DNA from: a virus
Length of the DNA: 64,000 nucleotides
IMG/VR virus record: IMGVR_UViG_3300042946_000615
Location: 7,663-71,662 of that record
Strand: one strand, 5' to 3'
Shown piece by piece: positions 12,301 through 21,300 of this stretch; positions within the stretch are counted from its first letter, which is position 1; each line of letters opens with the position of its first letter. Below the pieces are notes generated by a model. That model ran no database searches, was not told where the DNA came from, and saw nothing but the letters and a program-made list of their open reading frames with translations. The translations under genes were made by a program, and so were the position numbers.

Positions 12301-15300
12301 GTAAGTCCCTTTATACGAGATTGTGCGTACTTGGTTCTTTGTTGTGACTCATACTGAATTCTATTAATTGACTGATTAATACTATCAATCATGCGATCAA
12401 AACTAACAGCCAACTGTCTGCCTGCTCTGTCAGCGGCCTCCATAGCCTTAGCAAGGTCATTAGCCTTAATAATCGTATCTAATATAACATTTCCTTGTTC
12501 ATAATAATCTTTTGTAACTTTCTTAAGAACTTCATCTAATTCGCCCTCTGTTAGCTCTCTGCCTCCCACCGCACTTGATGCTGAGGCCATAGCGGCATTA
12601 AATGCAGCAACTCCCTTAACATCAGACATTAATAAGCCAGCTCTTTCATTTGTATATTTATCTCCTGATATTATGTCTTCTCTTGTTGCTCCCTGACTAA
12701 GTGCTGACATTATAGCTTGTTGAGCAATGGCTCCTGTTTCTTTATTCTTAGATGCCATTTCAGCATTTATTCTTGCCATTTCTTGAGCGCCCATAGTTTC
12801 TCTACTAGCGCCTAATCCTGTAAAGGTTGGCATAACAGAAGCTATCATATTGCCAAGAGTTTCATTGATATATTGAAGACCAGTTGCTTTGGATGGCGTC
12901 ATACCAGCAATAGGCGACTGTCTACCAAAATCTAATTTAGCTTCTCTGAGCTGAAATTGAGCATCGCTAACTGATATATTATTAACATCTTTTAATGCAT
13001 CTGAAAGATTATTTCTAAGATCAGTATTTCCAACATTTGTTTCATATTCTTTAGCTGATCTATTTAGTCTTTCCATTGCTGCATCTAATTGTACCGCTCT
13101 ATTCTCTGACTGCTGTTGTCTTCTTGCTTCTGCTTGAGATCCACTAATATCACTAAAATATTCTGCCAGACCATATAGCGTCGAACCTATTGCCACAATA
13201 GAAGCAGCTATAACTCCAGCTTTGCCAGGAACATTGGCTAATATTTCTGCCGCAGTAGCAAGTCCTGTACTGATAATGATTCCTGAGCTTTCAATAGCTG
13301 CTGATGTTTCAGCTGATTTGATTTTTGCATCATTGTTCTGTTGTCCATATAATAATCTTCCTATGTTTTTGCCCTGACCAGCAACAAGTCCTGTCGCTAT
13401 AGAAGCTCCTCCAAGAACCTGTGGAGCACTTAGTGATTTGATATATTTTAATATTGGACTATTATTAAAGTCCATCATATCAATAGCTCCTACTCCCTTC
13501 TGGCCAGTTCTGGAAGCTAAATCGTTTATTAATGAACGTCTAACAGAAATTTCTCGTCTTGTTTCTTTTTCCAGTTCTTTAATCATTCTTTGTTGCTGTT
13601 TTGATCCGACACTAGCAAATTGAGATGATCTTTTGAGTTCAGCCATTTTTTGAGCAGCGTACTCTTTGTCAAGTTCAGTTAGTGTTTTTCTGTCTCTTTT
13701 GGACTCGTTTATATATTCTTTGATATCTTTACCACTTATATCAAAATCAGAAAAAGATTTTTGGCTGACTCCAGACACCTTAGATGCTGCAATTTTATAA
13801 GCTTTATCTGTAAGCTTTGACAAATCAACATCTTTACCAGATGCTCTAAGTTTTTGAGTCGCTCCAGATATTATATACTGTGCTTCTTTCTCAATCATTT
13901 CTTGAGCAGCGGCTGATCCTTGATTAATATCTCCCATCATCATTTTTCCACCCATAAATTGGGCAGTAGCGCTTCCTCTTTGAGAAAAAGCTCCTTCTAG
14001 ATTTCTCTTAAGGTCAACATCTCTTTTTCCTTGCCTTCTAATTTGATATAGAGCCTCTTCTGCACGAATTATAGTATCAAATCCTGCACCAGCAGTTTTT
14101 AGCTTATCTAAATCACCAGATAAGGCTTTTTCTACTTCTTTATAACTAACTTCACTAGAATTTCTAAGCTTTTTAATAACGGTTGCTGATTGAGCAGCAC
14201 TAAATCCTAGTTTATTAATGCCCTCAATCAGATCCTCTAATACCTTTGGAACATCTTTATTAATTTGAGTAGAAGCTCTTCCAATTATATCTGGTCTTCT
14301 GTCAAAACGTTTAACTTGATTATTTTTTGGTTGTTCTGTAAACCATTGTCCAAATTTACGAATAAAAGAGTTAGGATCAGCAAACCCGCCGCCAGCAAGT
14401 TTTTGAAAAGTCCCAACAACTCCGCCCTTGTTATAACCCTGAACTTTATCAGCTTTATTTAATTTATGTAAATTGCTATATCCTATTTTTTGAGCAGCAT
14501 CCTTATTAACAACAAATTCTCCAGGAGTTAATAGTGCCGGTACAGTATCTTTGGGTGATCCGCCTTTGGCGAATTTTTCGGTAATCCATCCGGTATCATT
14601 TATATTTTTTTGTCTAGTAAAAATCTGTGCCAGTACTGGCTTTAGCGGATCTTTACCAACATATTTTAATCCCTGCTTTGGTTTTAGGTTATTAAAGAAA
14701 CTATTCTCAAACTCCTCATAAAAATCAGGATCAGAATGCATTAGAGATTTTACTAGTGAACTTAATACTTCTCCTGATCTAGCATCTCCAGAATTATTAT
14801 TTGCAAGTAGTTTTTCAGCATCTTTACCCTGATCCTTAAAGGATATTCCCATTTTTCTCATCATGGTATTATCTGTTGTGTCTAAATATTCATCATATTT
14901 TTTATCTAATGAAAAATCTTTTAGATTAGTACCTAGATCAACACCTTTAGATTTTGCAATAGCTTCTTTTACTCTATCGTAATTAGCATGAATAAAATTA
15001 ACAATATCAGCATTTTGGAATTCATAATCTAAATCCCAGTTTTTACCATCTAATAATTCTGTAAACTTTAAAGCCATTGGCCTACCATTAGGATCAGCCG
15101 CTGTTAAAAAGTTTGCACCTCCCTCTAGCTCCATTGCTCTTAACATAGCAGATGTTGGATCAGAATAAACATAAAATCCATGTCCCTGTCCGAATCCGTG
15201 AGACACATCGGACTTGGCCCCATACTTTTTAAAGCTTTCTAAAACACTATCATCTTTACCTGTTGTTGTACCATGCCAAATGTCTCTGATAACTCCACCA

Positions 15301-18300
15301 GCTTTATATTTTTTGGGTAATGTCTTATAGAACTCTGGGTTTAATCCACTGTCTTGAAACATATTACCAAGGATTGAATTTGCTCCTTTATTACCAACTG
15401 CTGATGCCGATATGAGTACTGGTACTACTTCTAAGCGACCTAAATCATACTGTGACTCTCCTATTGATCCAAGTATTCCGTTAGATAGATTAGAAAGATT
15501 TTTTTTTGTCTTTTTCTTAACTGATTCTATAGCTAATAAAGAAGTGTCTGGTCCATAGGGTGAATTAGATTTACCTGGTATCGGAAAGAAGTGCTCAGGT
15601 TTATAATCCTTTGGTCCGGCCCACTCAGCATTAGCTGGATCATTATACCATTTAATTATATCGTCTTTATATTTTTCTGCTGATACTTGTAATTTATCTA
15701 TAATCTCTGGATGATTATCATATAAATATCCTTGAATATCATGAAAAGTTTCGTGAGCAAGAACTCCTTTGTGTTTTCCTCCAGCTGTCTTAATAATATC
15801 TTCGCCGCCTTGAAATAGTAGATTCTCATCTATAAAAGTTTTTAATGCACGATACTCATCGTCTGGTATAGTTTTTTTATTTTTTTCTAACCTATGTCTC
15901 ATGGTTTTATAATGCAAACCACCCTGATAAAATGCTCCTGTTTGTTCTTCTGGTGGAACTTGTTCACTCTTGCCTAAAAGTATTGACATCATTGTGCTTC
16001 TACTTTTTTCAGCAAGAGTTCTTGGTGGTATAAATTCAATAGGTTCTGCTTGTCCTGATGGCATTTTAAGATAGCCGTCAGACGTTAACATTTCTTTTGG
16101 TAAAATACTTGCAAGTATTTGTTTATACTCTTCTTCAACTTTTCCACCTTTAGCAAACTTATAATGTATCGCTTCGTGCCCCTGACCCTTCAATCGCGTT
16201 ATTGTTTCTAAATTATCGTCAATCATCTTTTGATAACCGGTAATCTTCTTATTTTGAGGACCGTCTGATCCTCTTATTTTTGATACGGGAATAGGCAGCC
16301 CTAATCTTGACAAGGTATCAGCCAATATTCCTGCTTGATTCTGATTTCTGGCTGAAAGTATACTAATGTTATCAACAAGAGAAGGTTCCTGTTTGATTGC
16401 TTCGGATAAGTGTTGTCCTAGTGGGGTTAACTTTCCTTTTTTTAGCATCTGCTCAACTAGTGGAATATTATCTTTTTGAGATAAGTCTAATGAACCGTCT
16501 GGTTTTCTAATTTCTCCACCGGTAACTAGAGTATCATCAAAATCAAAAACCATTTCTTTAAATGGGCCGGTCGAGTTATTGTTTGGGAATATTTCTCCAT
16601 ACTTTTTAAGTAGTCCTCCGCCCGATAATTTCTGAACCATCTTATCGTTCTTTGGTTCTGGGATTCCATATTGTGCTCTAAAATATCTTTGAAATTCTTC
16701 AACAGCCTTGCCTCTACTACCACTGTCTATTGTTCTTTTAACCTCTGTGGGAATATCAGGATCGATACCAAATATTTTTGCTGCTTTAGGTCCGATGCCC
16801 ATTGGGAAGTCTATTGGACGAGTTCTTAAAGCGTCGTCTAATATTGTGGCATCTGCTGATCCAAAAATTTGTTCTAGTAAAGCGCCTTCAATATTGCCCT
16901 GACCTAATGTTTCTCTTTGTTTTTTACTTAATTTTTTTGGAGTAATTCCAAGAAGCTTAGATGCTCCACCGACAATTTCTTCTGTTTGACCACTAAGATA
17001 ATCAATGACATTTTGATACTGTGTTGGTAATCCTCTCTGAACTATTGATGCGTCTATTGATCTTTCTTGGCCAGATGGATCGATTCCAAGATTCCAAGTT
17101 TCTGGCCCTAGTAATCCAGTATATCCTAATGGATTTAATCCAACCAACCCTAACTGTTTGGAAGATAACACAGCATTAGTTGTATCTTCTAGGGCTGTAG
17201 CCCTTTGAATTCCTTGTGATTCATTAAATTTATCTATTAGGTAGTCTCTTGTTGCAGTATAGTAGGCGAGTTTATCTGCTTTTGTTTCTGGTCTAAAAGC
17301 AGAATTCCAATATTTTAGTTTTCCACCATCAGCAGTATCTCTTACTGTTTTTCCTGAGAATGGACCAAAACTAGCGTCTGTCGGCAATCTTGATGTTCCA
17401 AATCTTTTTAGAATCTCTGATCCTTGTGCTGGTAATATTCCGGAGGACTTTTTGACCTGGGTAGTCTTTTCTACATTTTTTAGTATTGCAGCTTCTAGTC
17501 CAGAAGGCATCGCTGTTGGAACTCCACCAAACTCACCACTCATCTGTTCTGAAAGTTGTGCTGCTATAGTCTCTCTTGTTATGTCTGATGGCTGTGCAGA
17601 TACGGAGGATTTTCTTGATGGATCTAGTCCATAAATTTCTGGATATTTAGCAGATAGTGCTCTGATAATGTTGAATGCTCTATAACCAAAGGCTCCTCTG
17701 GACGCTCTATCTCTTTGACTTCTGATGTCTTGAATTTGACCAGCTATTTCTGGAGCATTTTGCTTTAGCTTAGCATTGACATTACCATAGGGGCCACCAG
17801 GGGCAGATGCTAGTAATCCACTAATCTCCGCATTAGATTTTGCTTTGTCTTGATCAACAAATTTTTGTATTTCTTCAATCAGCATGGGAACCATCGTGCT
17901 ACGATTTCTTAACTGTGCTCTGTTACCCATGAGAATCGATGCTACTTCAGGATTAAGAAAACTAGTTAATGTTTTATCATCACCAGAAAATAACGCGTCT
18001 CTAACTTTAGTGGCACTGATATCTTCTATTCTTGGAATATCTTTAACATTCATTCCTGCTCTCTCATATTTACCAAGAACACCTTCTTCTTTTCCTGATG
18101 TTATAGCCATAGCTCCTTTTAATTTAGCAAATCTTCTTCTGTCTCCGCTTCCAGCAATTTCCATAAATTTTGACAAACCGCCAGCAGGCTGGTCTTGGGT
18201 ACTAATCTGCGCATTTCCAAAGTTTATTTTACTTAATAGAGCTCTAAAATCTGCTGGGAAAATACCATATCGTGCAGCGTGTTCTATTCCTTCTTTACCG

Positions 18301-21300
18301 GCGATCATAGGAAGATCCGGAGCAACGCTCACAACAATATCTTCTAAAGAAGAGTTTGGATTTTTAGCTAACATATTATCCAATAGAGTATCTAGTGCTC
18401 CACGATGACCCCTGGTAGGAGGAGCAAAGCCTCCTGTATAAAATCCACCAGCTTGAACTATTTCTGGCAATTCATTTTCTCTTTTACGTCTTAAGCCAAA
18501 ACTGTCTTTTTTTCTTCCTAGTACAGTTGCCCTTTTGCCTAACTCATCTCTTAATATAGTCTCTTCTAAACCAAAATCAGAATTAGCACCGACTGTAGTA
18601 CCTGGTTTACGACCGTATAATCCTTCTCCAGTAAGATCTCTACTACTTCTATTTGACCTTACTCTGTCTTGTTCATCTCTACTATTAGAGCTTAATATAT
18701 ATGCTCTATCAACATCTTTTAAATAAGAATCTAATTTAGTTTGACTAGCTGTTGAAGTTAGTACAAAAACCTCATTAACTTTTTCTATATCCTCAGGTGT
18801 TAATATTTGAGAGCGAGTTGTTTTTCTCAAAGTAGCATCATCATTAGCTCCCTTACCAGTTGCCACACTACTTTTTCCACTTCCAGCAGCCCCAGCAATA
18901 GCCATGAATTTTGATAGTGATTTATTTTTTCGTGCTTTAGCAGCCAACTCTCCGAGTCTTGTTGTGTAATCACTAACATCAGTGATTCCAAGCTTTTCCA
19001 TTGCTGGTCTAACCACTGTTGCATTAGCTGCGTCTCTTAGGACATCTGTATCAATTATACCAATATTCCTTAAAACTTGTCCACCGCGAGCAAATTTTTG
19101 AATTTTTCCGCCTCTAGCAAGTTCTAATTTGCCAGACTCATTCCATTTTCTTCCTGTTGTCAAAGAAGAATCCATAGTAAATCCGCTTGCTAAGTACCGA
19201 CCAAATCCACCACCAACCTTTATCTTACTCGTATCTTTAAAATCAGCTATCTGTGTTTGTAGTGCTTTTGTACCTTCTTCGGCAGCTTTAGATGCTGTCA
19301 TATCGTTTGAGACATAATAATCTGATGGAATGACGAATCCGCTTGGTCCTTGTTTTGGTTTTCTTTTATTTTTATTTTTTTGTATATCTAATAAATTTAC
19401 AGCTTTGGCTTCAGATACTCTACTGGTTTTATTACCAATTTCATAGGTATCAAAATCAGCAATTCTAAAACTAGCAGTAAAGGGTTTTCCTGTGGGGGTA
19501 ACTGTAGCAGTAAATGTATCTCCATCCGTGGCCTTTTGATCTCCGTCTATACTTGCTACTTCTGCTGCTCCTCCTTTAGCAAATTTTTTCCTTTTACCTG
19601 CTCTTCCGCCACTCCTAATACTTCCACCACCACCATACTTATTTATATTATGAAGATTATTTGATCCAATAGTTTCAACAGCTTTCTTTCTTATAACAAA
19701 TTCTCCTGGCATTAACATAGCAGGAACAGTATCTCTATTTCCTGATCCTGGAACAACGCCACCTCTGGCAAACTTACGAACAGGGCCGCCATCTGCAAAT
19801 GGTTCTGATCTACCAGATCCCTTTTTATTATCTGGTCCTCCTCTGAACCCCTTATTAAATCCACCAGCAAATTGAGTTAATGCTTTTGCTCCTTTAAAAG
19901 CAAGCATAACGCTTAATGCAGGAAGTAGAGTTTTGCTAGCATCTGCAACCTTTATTAAAGCTCCAGATAATGACAACGCTCCTTTAACCAGCGTTTGGAA
20001 TCCTTGACTTTGGCCTAGTTCTCTGAATAGTGCAAAAAATTGTTCTCTAACTTTGCTAATTTGATTAGCCAAAGAGAGTTGTGCTTTTACAGCATCTCTG
20101 GCTAGCGAACCTTGTCCTTGTTGGGCCACTGCCAAAGCCTCTTGAGCTACTGAAAATTGTTGGATTAACGGAATAACCTTACCGATTTGTCGGAATCCAC
20201 CAAGTTCTTCAACAATTCTAGAAAATTTTAAGTCTCTTGGATCAATAGAATTTAATCCTTCGCTTAATAACTGTACCGCTTTATAGGCTCCAACGAATTT
20301 ACCCTGAGCATCAGTTAAATTAACACCAAACTCCTTTAGAGCATTAATTGTATCTCCTCGCTGCACGCGAGTAAAAATAGTTCTTAATCCAGTAGCAATA
20401 GTTTCTGCACTTTCACGAGTAGTTGCTCTAACGCTAGTAAACACAGCAATAAATTCATTAAGAGCATCAGTTCCGGTACTAACTCCTTTACTGGCTGTTG
20501 CAAACACTCCACCGGTACGCTGAATGGCTGCTATAATATCACTAGCTTCAACAGCGAATTTAGCAGCAACGGTATTTACTGAGCCGAGTGCTGATTCTAA
20601 TTCACCAGCGCCTATGCCGAACTGTCTCATTAAAGCGATACTGCCTTCTACCGTTTCGTTCATACTGTCGAATGAAGGGGCTAAACTACTTAATGCTAAA
20701 GCTTTTAATGATCGTTCTGTGTCTTTTGCGCTCAATCCTGCCTGAGCTAAAGTTACAGCTACTGTTGTTAACTCTTTTGAACTAACGCCCAAAGAAGTGG
20801 ATAAATCAGTAATTCTTGATTGTAATTGTGTTAGTCCTTTTAGTGACTGACCAGTAACTTGTTGTAATCTAACTAATTCCTTATCATATTCTATAAAAGC
20901 CTGAACACCCTTACTAATACTATTAGTCAAACCATAAATAACACTGGTTACGGTAGCAAATGCAGTAAATCTTCTAACTGCTAATCCGGCCTGCTTACCG
21001 AAATCTTCCATCTCGTTAGTAACGCTAGAAAATGATGATTTTGCTTTGGTTGCATTGTTATTTAAAGTGGATACTGATTTACTAATATTATTAACTTGTT
21101 GTGGAATATTATTAAGCTTAACAGAATTAACCGATTGACCAAGCATCTTTATTGCAGAGGCGGCTGATGATGCGGACTTATTAGTTGCTGATAGTGTAGA
21201 ATTTAATTTTTGTAATGCTGATGTTAGTGCTGTTACGTTTTTTGTTGCTGTTGGATCTAACTTAAAATTAACAGTAGCATTAACATTGCCAAGATCTTTC

